From the NCBI GenBank assembly GCA_045631485.1, contig JAZQUU010000028.1, positions 241 through 64,240 on the forward strand: a DNA stretch of 64,000 nucleotides. The letters are read 5' to 3'. The notes under the pieces were generated by a model, which had not been told where the DNA came from, searched no databases, and was given only the letters and a program-made list of their open reading frames with translations. Each line of letters begins with the position of its first letter. Positions within the stretch are counted from its first letter, which is position 1. Positions 47,065 through 57,441 of this stretch are shown in pieces. Source of the stretch: Clostridia bacterium. Its GTDB lineage: Bacteria > Bacillota > Clostridia > UMGS1840. The position numbers were made by a program, and so were the translations under genes.

Positions 47065-50000
47065 ATGTACGAAAAAGTGTCTGCAAATTTAAACTTTGTG
47101 GAAAGAGAAAAGAAGACAGAAGCTTTTTGGAAAGAGAATAAAATCTTTGAAAAAAGTATCGACACCCGTAAAGAAGGGGAAACCTTCACTTTTTATGACG
47201 GTCCCCCCACAGCAAACGGCAAACCTCATATCGGGCACGTGTTAACCCGTGTTATCAAAGATATGATTCCCCGTTATAAAACCATGAAAGGTTACCACGT
47301 GCTTCGTAAAGCAGGTTGGGATACCCATGGGTTACCCGTTGAGCTGGAAGTGGAAAAGAAACTGGGCTTAGACGGCAAAGAACAGATTGAAGAATATGGC
47401 TTGGAACCCTTTATTAAAGAATGTAAAGAAAGCGTTTGGAAATATAAAGGAATGTGGGAAGACTTTTCCGGAACCGTTGGTTTCTGGGCAGATATGGACG
47501 ACCCCTACGTTACCTACACCAACGTTTTTATTGAATCCGAATGGTGGGCATTAAAACAAATCTGGGACAAAGGCTTGTTATACAAAGGCTTTAAAATTGT
47601 ACCCTATTGCCCCCGTTGCGGAACTCCTTTATCCAGCCACGAAGTTGCTCAGGGCTATAAAGATGTAAAAGAAAAATCTGCGATCGCAAAATTCAGGGTA
47701 AAAGGTGCAGATGATGAATAAATTTTAGCTTGGACCACCACCCCCTGGACTTTACCCTCCAACGTGGCACTTTGCGTAAACCCCGATGAAACTTATGTGA
47801 AAATTGAAACCGAAGGTGTGAAATACATCTTAGCGGAAGCTTTGGTTGCAAGCGTGATTGAAACCGAATACACCGTGCTGGAATCCTATATCGGGAAAGA
47901 TTTGGAATACAAAGAATACGAACCCCTCTTTGATTTTGCAAAACCCGACAAAAAAGCATACTATGTGGTTTGTGATCACTATGTTACCTTAACCGACGGT
48001 ACCGGTATCGTTCATATTGCACCTGCATTCGGGGAAGACGATGCTCAGGTGGGCAGAAAATATGACCTGCCTTTCGTTCAGTTGGTAAACTCCCGTGGGG
48101 AAATGACCGAAGAAACTCCCTGGGCAGGTATGTTCTGTAAAGATGCAGACAAAGAAGTGTTTATTGACTTAGATAAAAGAGGTCTGCTCTTTAAGGCTCT
48201 GCCTTTTGAACATTCCTATCCCTTCTGTTGGAGATGTGATACTCCCTTAATCTACTATGCAAGAGACTCCTGGTTCATCAAAATGACCGCGGTGAAAGAT
48301 AATCTCATTAAAAACAACAACACCGTAAACTGGATTCCCGAATCCATCGGGAAAGGTCGTTTTGGCGACTGGCTCAACAACGTGCAGGATTGGGGCGTAA
48401 GCCGTGACCGTTACTGGGGTACTCCCCTAAATATCTGGCAGTGTGAGTGCGGACACCGTCACGCAATCGGAAGCATCGAAGAATTAAAGAGCATGTCTGA
48501 TAACTGTCCCGACGAAATTGAATTGCATCGTCCCTTCATTGATGCGGTAACCATCAAATGTCCCGAATGTGGAAAACAGATGACCCGTGTGAAAGAAGTT
48601 ATCGACTGTTGGTTTGACTCCGGTGCAATGCCTTTCGCACAGTGGCACTATCCCTTTGAAAACAAAGAAATTTTCGAAGAAAACTTCCCTGCAGACTTTA
48701 TCAGTGAAGCGGTGGACCAGACCCGTGGTTGGTTCTATTCTCTGCTTGCGATTTCTACCTTGATTTTTGATAAAGCACCTTATAAAAATGTTATCGTGTT
48801 AGGTCACGTGCAGGATGAAAACGGTCAGAAAATGTCTAAATCCAAAGGCAATGCCGTTGACCCCTTTGATGCATTGGCAGAACACGGTGCGGATGCAATC
48901 CGTTGGTATTTCTATTCCAACTCTGCTCCCTGGTTACCTAACAAATTCCATAAAGGTGCGGTAACCGAAGGTCAGAGAAAGTTTATGGGTACTCTCTGGA
49001 ATACCTATGCATTCTTTGTGCTCTATGCAAACATTGATGGCTTTGATGCCACCAAATACAGTCTGGAATATGACAAACTGCCCGTGATGGACAAGTGGTT
49101 ATTATCCAAATTGAATTCCTTAACCGAAACTGTGGACACTTATTTAGGTGACTACAAAATCACCGAAACCTCCCGTGTGCTGGACGATTTTGTGGATGAA
49201 CTGAGTAACTGGTATGTTCGCCGTAGCAGAGAGCGTTTCTGGGGCAAAGATATGACTCAGGATAAAATCAATGCCTATATGACTTTATACACCGCATTGG
49301 TAACCTTATCCAAATTATCTGCTCCCATGATTCCCTTTATGGCAGAAGATATTTACAGAAACTTAGTTTGCTCCATTGATAAAACTGCTCCCGAAAGCGT
49401 GCATCTTTGTGATTTCCCCGTGGCAAACACCGCTTGGATTGATAAAGATTTAGAAGAAAAAATGGAGCAGGTGGTTGACATTGTTGTGTTGGGCCGTGCT
49501 GCAAGAAACTCTGCCAACATCAAAAACCGTCAGCCTATCGGAAAAATGTTTGTGAAAGCAGAAAATGCTCTGCCCGAATACTTCCGTGATATTATTGCAG
49601 AAGAATTGAATGTAAAAGAAGTGGTATTTACCGACAGCGTAAAAGATTTCACTTCTTATTCCTTCAAGCCGCAACTTAAAACTTTAGGTCCCCGTTTTGG
49701 TAAACAGCTTGGCGAATTGCGCACCATTTTATCCGGGTTAGACGGCATTGCCGCTATGGACGAATTGGAAACCAAAGGTACTTTGACCATCACCTTAGGC
49801 GGTAACGAAGAAGCATTAACCAAAGAGGATTTACTCATTGAATCCGCTCAGGTTCCCGGTTACGAATCCAACTCCGATTACGGCATCACCGTGGTGTTGG
49901 ATACCAACTTAACCGAAGAGCTTTTGGAAGAAGGCTTTGTAAGAGAAGTGGTTTCCAAAATTCAGACTATGAGAAAAGATTCCGGCTTCGAAGTGACTGA

Positions 50001-50178
50001 CCATATTATCGTTAGCGTTTCGGGTAACGACAAAGTGGCAGACATTATGAAGAGAAACGAAGCAACCATCAAAGAAGATGTGTTGGCGGAAGAAATCACC
50101 TACGGAACTTTGGTGGGTGAAGGCAAGCATTGGAGCGTAAACGGCGAAGAAGTTGATTTTGCCGTGAAACAGTGCTAG
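47065..50178 (+). CDS. ileS: Isoleucyl-tRNA synthetase (long, type 2-like), interrupted by one in-frame TAA at 47719-47721
   Basis: PHIGH and GWDTHGLP upstream of the stop; [16 protein letters not shown] across it; DCWFDSG and KMSKS downstream; both listed ORFs share one frame. Confidence 0.9.
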
Positions 50179-50300
50179 GCATTTTTTAGGGATTACAATC
50201 GTATATTGTGAATAAGCGAAGACAGAGCCTTTTTTGAAAAAAGGGCTCTGTCTTTTCCCCCAAAAAAAGCGGGGATATTATGAGAGGAGGCTTTTTTAAA

Positions 50301-51131
50301 ATGCCTGATATGTTAGAACTCTTAAAAGTGATTTTCATCGGGATTGTGCAGGGGATTACCGAATGGCTCCCCGTTTCTTCCACAGGTCATATGATTTTAG
50401 CAGACGAATTTGTGAAATTAAATGTGCGTCCCGAATTTATGGAAATGTTTCGTGTGATCATCCAGTTTGGTTCCATTTTAGCCGTGGTTGTGTTGTATTT
50501 TCATAAATTAAACCCCTTTAGTCCCAAAAAGAGCAAGGAAGAAAGACAAGGTACCTTAAATCTTTGGGGCAAGGTGATTGTTGGGGTGTTGCCTGCGGCG
50601 GTGATTGGTCTTTTGTTGGACGATTGGTTGGATGCCATGTTCTATAATCCCGTAACGGTTGCCACCACCTTGATTTTGTACGGTGTCCTCTTTATCTGGA
50701 TGGAAAACCGCAATAAAAACAAAGCATTTCAATTGCAGAACTTAGAAGACTTAACCTACAAAACTGCATTTTTGATTGGTTGTTTTCAGCTTCTGTCTTT
50801 AATCCCCGGAACTTCCCGCTCCGGCTCCACCATTTTGGGAGCCATTCTTTTGGGCTCTTCCCGTTATGTGGCGGCGGAATATTCTTTCTTTCTGGCGATT
50901 CCCGTAATGTGCGGCGCAAGCTTGTTAAAAGGGTTGAAATTCTTTCTGGAATTTTCCATTACCATGCCTGAATTGGTTCTTTTGATTACAGGTGTGTTGG
51001 TTGCCTTTGTGGTGTCTGTTCTTGCTATCAAGTTCTTAATGGGATATATTAAAAAACACGATTTCAAAGCATTCGGCTACTATCGAATCGTGTTGGGCCT
51101 TTTGGTTGCCTTGTATTTTATCATATTCTAA
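50301..51131 (+). CDS. uppP: Undecaprenyl-diphosphate phosphatase
   Basis: [13 protein letters not shown] and [11 protein letters not shown] motifs; ATG 50301 after GAGGAGG. Confidence 0.95.
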   Translation: MPDMLELLKVIFIGIVQGITEWLPVSSTGHMILADEFVKLNVRPEFMEMFRVIIQFGSILAVVVLYFHKLNPFSPKKSKEERQGTLNLWGKVIVGVLPAAVIGLLLDDWLDAMFYNPVTVATTLILYGVLFIWMENRNKNKAFQLQNLEDLTYKTAFLIGCFQLLSLIPGTSRSGSTILGAILLGSSRYVAAEYSFFLAIPVMCGASLLKGLKFFLEFSITMPELVLLITGVLVAFVVSVLAIKFLMGYIKKHDFKAFGYYRIVLGLLVALYFIIF

Positions 51132-51174
51132 ACGAAAAATCGGCTTTCAAACGGCATTATAACAAACCAAATAT

Positions 51175-51207
51175 AAAAGCGGTGTAACCTTTGGTTACAC
51201 CGCTTTT
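51175..51207. terminator. Bidirectional intrinsic terminator
   Basis: AAAAGCGGTGTAACC-TTT-GGTTACACCGCTTTT. Confidence 0.9.
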
Positions 51208-51236
51208 AGCGTATTTACGCATATTTTAGTGCGTTT

Positions 51237-53312
51237 TTATTTGGTTGCAAAATCGTATTCGCATAAGGGAATCAGTTTTGTGAAATCAGACCACACAAAC
51301 GCTTTGACGCTTACTGTTTCATCGGGGATTTCGGTGGTGTGATTATCTTTGGTTACGGTATTTTCCACATCTTTTTCTTCACTAATGGAAAAACCGATGC
51401 AGTTGTTACCTTCATCAAAGAACAACAATCCCAAACGATAGGTCAGATCATTCACACCTGCATAGTTATTGAGCTTCACTTCGCAGGAAATATTTTCTTC
51501 ATCATTCTGATAAATATTTACCGCAGTGTCAACCCAGGAATAATCCGCTTTTGCATAAGTAACGGTATCGGTAACCACCTTGCCGTCTGTCATCAGTCGC
51601 AATTCATAGTCATTCATATTGCCCTGGAAGGAGAACACAAAGGAATAGTTTCCGTTATCATCCAAGGTGGTCTGTGCCACGTGACCGATTTCTTCTTTTG
51701 CGATTTTAACAGAATTCTTTTTCACCAAAAGCAAGGTAACAATGTTGGTTGTGGTGGCATCTTTTACCTGACCTTTCACCAACACCTTGCCGGTAAGCTC
51801 GTCGGTGATTTTGGTTTCTTGGTTATTGATTTCCGGCTGAGTTCTTAAATCCAGAACACGCTTGGGCACATAGAATCTGCCTTCGGAATAAATTGCCACT
51901 TCACCATTTAAATCAACGGTTTTGCCATTTAAGGTTGCAACAGACTGATTTGCTTTGATGCTTAATTCGGTATCGTCAAATGTGAATTTATCAAAGGTGA
52001 AGGTACTCTCTTCTTCATCATATTCTCCAAGATCGGTAACATCCACAAATAAGGTTTCAGTAGCCGCTTCCAGATCCAGATTCAGTAACTGACAAAGGTA
52101 GGGAGCAATCTGATAGTTTTCAATCACATAAGCATCTGCTCTTTTATCTGCGGTGTCGCCGGGGATGGCTGACAATCCTTCTAAAATATCAACACCTTCG
52201 GGGCCGTAAAACCAAACGCCGCAGTTTCTTCCGGTATGTCCACTACTTGACCAGCTAATACCTTTTGTACTGTTTTTCCCTGCCTGTGTTTCTGCAATTG
52301 CATCAGCGTATCCTTTCCAGTTTACGCTACCGTAAACAGCATCCGCATTGGGAAGATTCAATCCGCCGGTATCGTGGTCGGGTGCTACAATAACAACGGT
52401 GTCGTTTCTGCCTTTTGCATATTCCACTGCTACCTCAAATGCTGCATCAAAGGAGAGATATTCGCTGACTGCCTGAACAACATCGTTGTTGTGTCCGCCG
52501 CCATCTACCGCGCTTCCTTCCACCATCAGGAAGAAGCCGTCTTTATCGCCTTCCAAAGCACGGATTGCAGCATCGGTCATTTCTGCTAAAGTGGGTTGAG
52601 TGCTGGATAAATTGATATCAGAGGGGAATGCAACAGAGGATAAGTTCCCCCACACTCTGGTGCCGGGCTGAACATTTTCCAGCTGTTTTTTGGTGTTTAC
52701 CACGGTGTAACCTCTGTTCACAGCTTCATCAATGGTACCCCATTTTGCAGCGCCAAAGCCTACGCCTAACACAACATCAATGCCCTGATTTACAATCTGT
52801 TCGGACATAATTTTATAATTGGTTCTGGAGATGTTATGTGCTGAAAAGGCTGCCGGAGTTGCGTTGGTCCATTCGTAGGTGGTACACATACCAACTCTTT
52901 TGCCTGCCAACTGAGCAGCTTCTAAAATGTTTGCGTGGGGAACGCCATTTACGTCAACACCAACATATGTGTTGGTGGTTCTGTATCCTGAGGATAACGC
53001 AGTTCCTGATGCAGCAGAGTCTGTAATAGAGGAACTGGCAGAACGGGTTCTTTCGGTTCCCACCAGATAATCCTTCATCGCCATGGGACCTTTGGTCACT
53101 TTGGTGGAATTGGGATATAAGCCTTCGTTGAAGCCGCCGTTTTCTTTCACGCCGTTGGCAAAATCAAACAGAGCAAAACCACCGCCGTCGGGAATCATAT
53201 AGATAACATTTTTGATAACGGGCTTTTCCTCAGCAGAAACCATCAAAGGGAAGGTTGCAACTGACGAAATAATTACCATAACAGTAATCAATAAGCTTAT
53301 TATTTTCTTCAT
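51237..53312 (-). CDS. phoA: Secreted alkaline phosphatase (PhoA family) with C-terminal accessory domains
   Basis: NVIYMIPDG, ITDSAASGTA (catalytic Ser), ATPAAF, FFLMVEG, DGGGH, DHDTGG and GHTG motifs; signal peptide; extra C-terminal ~240 aa. Confidence 0.85.
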   Translation of the reverse strand: MKKIISLLITVMVIISSVATFPLMVSAEEKPVIKNVIYMIPDGGGFALFDFANGVKENGGFNEGLYPNSTKVTKGPMAMKDYLVGTERTRSASSSITDSAASGTALSSGYRTTNTYVGVDVNGVPHANILEAAQLAGKRVGMCTTYEWTNATPAAFSAHNISRTNYKIMSEQIVNQGIDVVLGVGFGAAKWGTIDEAVNRGYTVVNTKKQLENVQPGTRVWGNLSSVAFPSDINLSSTQPTLAEMTDAAIRALEGDKDGFFLMVEGSAVDGGGHNNDVVQAVSEYLSFDAAFEVAVEYAKGRNDTVVIVAPDHDTGGLNLPNADAVYGSVNWKGYADAIAETQAGKNSTKGISWSSSGHTGRNCGVWFYGPEGVDILEGLSAIPGDTADKRADAYVIENYQIAPYLCQLLNLDLEAATETLFVDVTDLGEYDEEESTFTFDKFTFDDTELSIKANQSVATLNGKTVDLNGEVAIYSEGRFYVPKRVLDLRTQPEINNQETKITDELTGKVLVKGQVKDATTTNIVTLLLVKKNSVKIAKEEIGHVAQTTLDDNGNYSFVFSFQGNMNDYELRLMTDGKVVTDTVTYAKADYSWVDTAVNIYQNDEENISCEVKLNNYAGVNDLTYRLGLLFFDEGNNCIGFSISEEKDVENTVTKDNHTTEIPDETVSVKAFVWSDFTKLIPLCEYDFATK

Positions 53313-53342
53313 ATTAAAACCTACTTTCGTATCCCTTTCTTA

Positions 53343-56300
53343 TTAAAATTCGCAAATGAATGTATCGCATAAAGCAAACATATCAAAAATGTTGTTCCAT
53401 ACATAAACATACATTCCGGACCAATCGGTAATGGTGGAAAATTCAGGGATTTCATCCAGTGAAATCATCTGGTTGTTTGCAGTTGAGGTAACATCGGCGA
53501 TATATACCTCTTCCATATCTTTTGATTCGGAGTATCTTGCAACTAGAACAACAAAGCTTTGCGGTTTTGCAACCGTAATGTTCGGAATCTGTTCTGTTAC
53601 ACTAAAGTTGATAGCACTTACTTCTGCAACAGTCACCGGGAATTCAGGCATAATGAAGGTATATTCATCACCGCTTATGGACATTTCAGTATCAGCTTTC
53701 AAACCATTGTCGCCGGAATAAGTAAAGTTAACTTCTGCACCTACTTCCGCAAAGTATCTGTCAACCATTTGTGTTGCAGTGAAAGAAGAGGGTAACGTTC
53801 TGACATTTTTGCTTGTTGTAATTGTTGCCTGTGCCGGTACAAAAATCTCATGTGTATATGTGAAATCATAAATAACCACATCATCCAGTTCGTAAATAAC
53901 ATCTGCTACATTTTCGTTGCTGTCTTCCTGGCTGCTTGTGATTTTGAAGTTATAAGAAGTATCTTTCGCGGTGAATACGCCTGAACGGGTGGTCCATTCC
54001 GTTGTCAGTTCAGGTCTTGCCACATCGTTGTGTGCGGTGTGGTTCTTATTGTAGGAATATACTGCACCGTCGTAGGTTTTGCTTTCCACCAGTCTGATTT
54101 TGTAGGAATAGTAATAGCTTTTTCCTTCTGTTAACACATTGCTGTAAGTAACATAGGAAATTTTTCCGGCACTGATATTGGTTCCGTCATATCGTAATAC
54201 CTGGTTTGTGGGATCATGGGAGTCTTCTACCAAGGATACCACAGCACCTGTAACGGTGCTGGAAGCTTTCCATTTGTTTGCATCGCCTTCCATATCGCCG
54301 TTTGCAATCAGGTTGGTGAATGCCGGTTCGGTTGCGGTAATGGTAACAGCTGCATCAGGCATAACGAAGGTATATACATCGCCATTTTTTGCCAGAGCCA
54401 CATCGAGACTGCTTAAGCTCTGCTCACTATTAGACCTGATTTTAATTTCCTGATCCTGGGTAGCATAGCATTTATAGACGGTGGTTAAGTCGCCTTGGGT
54501 AACGGGTAACATATGTCCGCCCGCAACAAGCTGGGCGCCTTCCGGCAGCACGATTTCATTCATATATTCCACTTCGTAGAGTACCACATCGTCGATTTCG
54601 TAAATAACATCAATCACATTGGAGTTACTGTCTTTGATATCTTTTGTTACTTTAAAGTCATAGGTGGTCTGTTTTGCTTCCGTAATAAAGCCGGAACGGG
54701 TTGACCACTCGGTTGTCAGTTTGGGTCTTGCCAGTTCGGTTGTGGCGGTGTGGTTTCGGTTGTATGCATACACATCGCCTTCGTAGGTTTTGCTTTCCAC
54801 CAGTCTGATTTTATAAGAATAGTAGTAGGATTTTCCTTTTGTTAACACATCGGAATAAGACATAAACGAAGTTGAGGCTTTTGTAACGTTGGTTCCGTCA
54901 TATCTCATTACATGGTTGCCCGGATTCTGAGAATCTTCCACCAATGATGTCACAGCTCCTGTGGTGGAGCTGGAAGGATTCCAGTATTTCTCAGCACCTT
55001 CCATATCACCGTTTAAAATGAGGTTGGTGAAAGGCGGTTTTGCTAATGTTACGGTGGTAGCTGCGCCGAGCATGGTGAAGGAATAAATGTCGCCTACCTT
55101 GGTTACCTTGGTGCCTAAAACGCTTAAACGTTTTTCAGCTTTGTATTCGATTTTGATGGTTTCGCCTGCTTGCGCATAATATTTGGTTTTGGTGCTAAAA
55201 TCGCTATTGGTGCAGTCTAACGCTTTTGCGCCTTCTGTCAGACGAACTTCGTTGGGTAATGTCAGTTCATAGGTATCGGTTAAGTTATAAATCACCACAT
55301 CGTCGATTTCGTAAATAACATCGGTTACATTGGTGCCACTGTCTTTGATATCTTTTGTTACTTTAAAGTCATAGGTGGTTTGTTTTGCTTTGGAAATAAT
55401 GCCGGAACGGGTTGTCCATTCGGTTGTCAGTTTCGGTCTGTCAAGTTCAGTTTTTTCGGTGTGGTTTCTGTTGTATGCATACATATCGCCTGTATATGTT
55501 TTGCTTTCCACCAATCTGATTTTGTAAGAGAAGTAGTAGGGGGTATCCACAGAGGTTGTCAATACATCAGCATAAGACATAAACGAAGTTGTGCCTTTTG
55601 TGATATTGGTTCCGTCATATCGTAACACATGGTTTGTGGGATCCTGAGAATCCTGTACCAATGATACAACAGCACCTTCGGTTGAGCTGGATGCCTTCCA
55701 GGCGAGTCCTTCCCCTTCCATATCACCGTTTAAAATGAGGTTTTCAAAGGTTTTGAATCCAGCCACTTCAACAGTTACATCAGCGTCAGGCATAGTAAAT
55801 CTGTAGGAAGCGCTGTCTTTTGCGATGGTAGCCTGATCGGATACCAGTTTCACACCTGTGGTAGAACAGTTTAATACAACGGTATCACCGGATTTTGCAT
55901 AGATAACACCGTTGATTGTGGAAACTCCGCTTGCAGCAGATACACCGCTGGGAAGGGTCACTTTATGATAACCTTCCATATCGTATAAAGCGAAATCATC
56001 AATTTCATACACCGCTGTGGGATAGTTGATGTTTTCACCTGATGAAGCAGTTGCTTTGGTGGTTGCTTTAAATCCGATGTTGGCAGTATCGCCGGAAGTG
56101 GTTACAACGCCGGAAATAATGCTCCAGCCGTCTTTTGTAACCTGCGGTCTTGTGGAAGAGTAATAATTCTTTCCGATTTTTCCCAAGGAAGCTGCATAAA
56201 TGAACATATCCCCGGTGTTGGATTCCACATCAGCCATTCTGACTTTCAGGGTCATATAGTATGTTTTGTTCGGTTCCGCACAGGTATAATTGATGTAGGA

Positions 56301-56564
56301 AATGTCTTTTGTGTTGCTTGTGCCGTCATATCGGAGCACCTTGTTAGATGAGTCTTTGGAGTCATCCACAATGGACAAAGCCCCCTCTGCTGAGGAAGAA
56401 AGTGCCCAGGTATCTGCAAGTGCAGCATCAAAATTACCGTTGATAGCCACATCGGTAAGGCCTGCATCGGTAATTCCTACGGCATTTGCTACATGTAATC
56501 CTGCGAAAATGCTCATCAGCATACTTAAGCACAGAATCAATGAAAGTGTTTTTGCCAGTTTCAT
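53343..56564 (-). CDS. Secreted non-catalytic protein with four [CBM4/9-like + small beta-domain] repeats and a C-terminal YVW...AL domain
   Basis: ATG 56564 after AGGAGGA; signal peptide; repeats NLI.NGDMEG...LRYDGT...YEIDDVV.Y with periods of 696, 711 and 708 nt. Confidence 0.8.
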   Translation of the reverse strand: MKLAKTLSLILCLSMLMSIFAGLHVANAVGITDAGLTDVAINGNFDAALADTWALSSSAEGALSIVDDSKDSSNKVLRYDGTSNTKDISYINYTCAEPNKTYYMTLKVRMADVESNTGDMFIYAASLGKIGKNYYSSTRPQVTKDGWSIISGVVTTSGDTANIGFKATTKATASSGENINYPTAVYEIDDFALYDMEGYHKVTLPSGVSAASGVSTINGVIYAKSGDTVVLNCSTTGVKLVSDQATIAKDSASYRFTMPDADVTVEVAGFKTFENLILNGDMEGEGLAWKASSSTEGAVVSLVQDSQDPTNHVLRYDGTNITKGTTSFMSYADVLTTSVDTPYYFSYKIRLVESKTYTGDMYAYNRNHTEKTELDRPKLTTEWTTRSGIISKAKQTTYDFKVTKDIKDSGTNVTDVIYEIDDVVIYNLTDTYELTLPNEVRLTEGAKALDCTNSDFSTKTKYYAQAGETIKIEYKAEKRLSVLGTKVTKVGDIYSFTMLGAATTVTLAKPPFTNLILNGDMEGAEKYWNPSSSTTGAVTSLVEDSQNPGNHVMRYDGTNVTKASTSFMSYSDVLTKGKSYYYSYKIRLVESKTYEGDVYAYNRNHTATTELARPKLTTEWSTRSGFITEAKQTTYDFKVTKDIKDSNSNVIDVIYEIDDVVLYEVEYMNEIVLPEGAQLVAGGHMLPVTQGDLTTVYKCYATQDQEIKIRSNSEQSLSSLDVALAKNGDVYTFVMPDAAVTITATEPAFTNLIANGDMEGDANKWKASSTVTGAVVSLVEDSHDPTNQVLRYDGTNISAGKISYVTYSNVLTEGKSYYYSYKIRLVESKTYDGAVYSYNKNHTAHNDVARPELTTEWTTRSGVFTAKDTSYNFKITSSQEDSNENVADVIYELDDVVIYDFTYTHEIFVPAQATITTSKNVRTLPSSFTATQMVDRYFAEVGAEVNFTYSGDNGLKADTEMSISGDEYTFIMPEFPVTVAEVSAINFSVTEQIPNITVAKPQSFVVLVARYSESKDMEEVYIADVTSTANNQMISLDEIPEFSTITDWSGMYVYVWNNIFDMFALCDTFICEF

Positions 56565-56698
56565 AATAAGTAAATCCTCCTTATTTGTTTTTATATGAAT
56601 TTGATTTTTCGGTTTCAACACCGGTATCACAGATGAATGCCGGGAAGCTTAAAGCTCTGTAATGGATCACACTTACAGTCAATAATGCTTATACTATT

Positions 56699-56727
56699 AT
56701 TTTAACTGAAGTGCATTGTTATTGCAA
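56699..56727 (-). promoter_or_regulatory. Probable promoter of the CBM-repeat/phoA operon
   Basis: TTGCAA-17-TAAAAT on the minus strand. Confidence 0.55.
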
Positions 56728-56855
56728 GTTGATTTTTTATAGACATTTGCATCGGACGTTTTGTGCAGAAGTTATTGCTTTCAAAAATGCCAAAATCAAC
56801 GATTTTCAAAGTTTTCCACACAAATTCCACGAAAAAAATTTGCGAAAATAAAAAC

Positions 56856-56900
56856 TGTAAATGTTTTGTAATTGCATTGTAACAAAGTTTGTGTTATAAT
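56856..56900 (+). promoter_or_regulatory. Triple OmpR-family (WalR-type) direct repeat overlapping a sigma-A promoter
   Basis: TGTAAA-N5-TGTAAT-N5-TGTAAC (56856-56883); TTGCAT (56872-77)-17-TATAAT (56895-56900). Confidence 0.7.
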
Positions 56901-56966
56901 ACCGGTACGATGATAGATTAGTGTCGGCATTTTTGGATTGCCGTATCAAAGAAAGGAGGGCGCAAA

Positions 56967-57416
56967 ATGAAATTAAAAGTGTTTGGTTTAGTGTTGGTGC
57001 TTTTATGTGTGTTTAGTATGAGTTCTTTTGCTGCGCCTTCTTCTATCACCACCGGTGATTACGGCACCACCGGTTATATCACCGTGACCAATCCCAATAA
57101 AAATTATTCCACCACCTATAATAAATCCATCACTATTTCGGGATATGCGAAAGCAGGTTCCGCCGTGTATGTGTATGAGATGGTGGGTGGCGAATATAAA
57201 CCCTATTATCAGAATGGTGTTGCCTTGTCCGTTTCGGTGGGGGCATCCGGTTTGTTTGCCATTCCCGTGAATTTATCAAGCGGACGCAATCAGTTCCTGC
57301 TTCGTTCGGAAGCAAACGGTCAGTATCAGAATACCACCTTTGAGGTGAACCTGCTCAGTACCTCTATGTTTAACCTGATCGGGCGACTTCAATCTCTCAC
57401 CTTCGGCTGGAAATAA
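56967..57416 (+). CDS. Small secreted protein with an Ig-like beta-sandwich, unknown function
   Basis: Signal peptide ending SFA-A; RBS AAGGAGG; beta-strand-rich body. Confidence 0.75.
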   Translation: MKLKVFGLVLVLLCVFSMSSFAAPSSITTGDYGTTGYITVTNPNKNYSTTYNKSITISGYAKAGSAVYVYEMVGGEYKPYYQNGVALSVSVGASGLFAIPVNLSSGRNQFLLRSEANGQYQNTTFEVNLLSTSMFNLIGRLQSLTFGWK

Positions 57417-57441
57417 CTAAGCCGGGAGGAGTGGAGTCTTT

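Noticed and set aside
47719-47721. Genome-wide TAA reassignment
   Set aside because: TAA terminates many ordinary genes here at their expected ends; only one internal TAA was seen.
53800-56000. Diversity-generating retroelement template/variable repeat pair (also considered for 72-5390)
   Set aside because: There is no reverse transcriptase in the window, the repeats are in-frame protein modules, and the differences do not look adenine-specific.
56624-56678. Hairpins in the leader of the CBM-repeat gene as a riboswitch
   Set aside because: Short stems are present, but no conserved motif of a riboswitch class I can recognise, and no clear expression platform.
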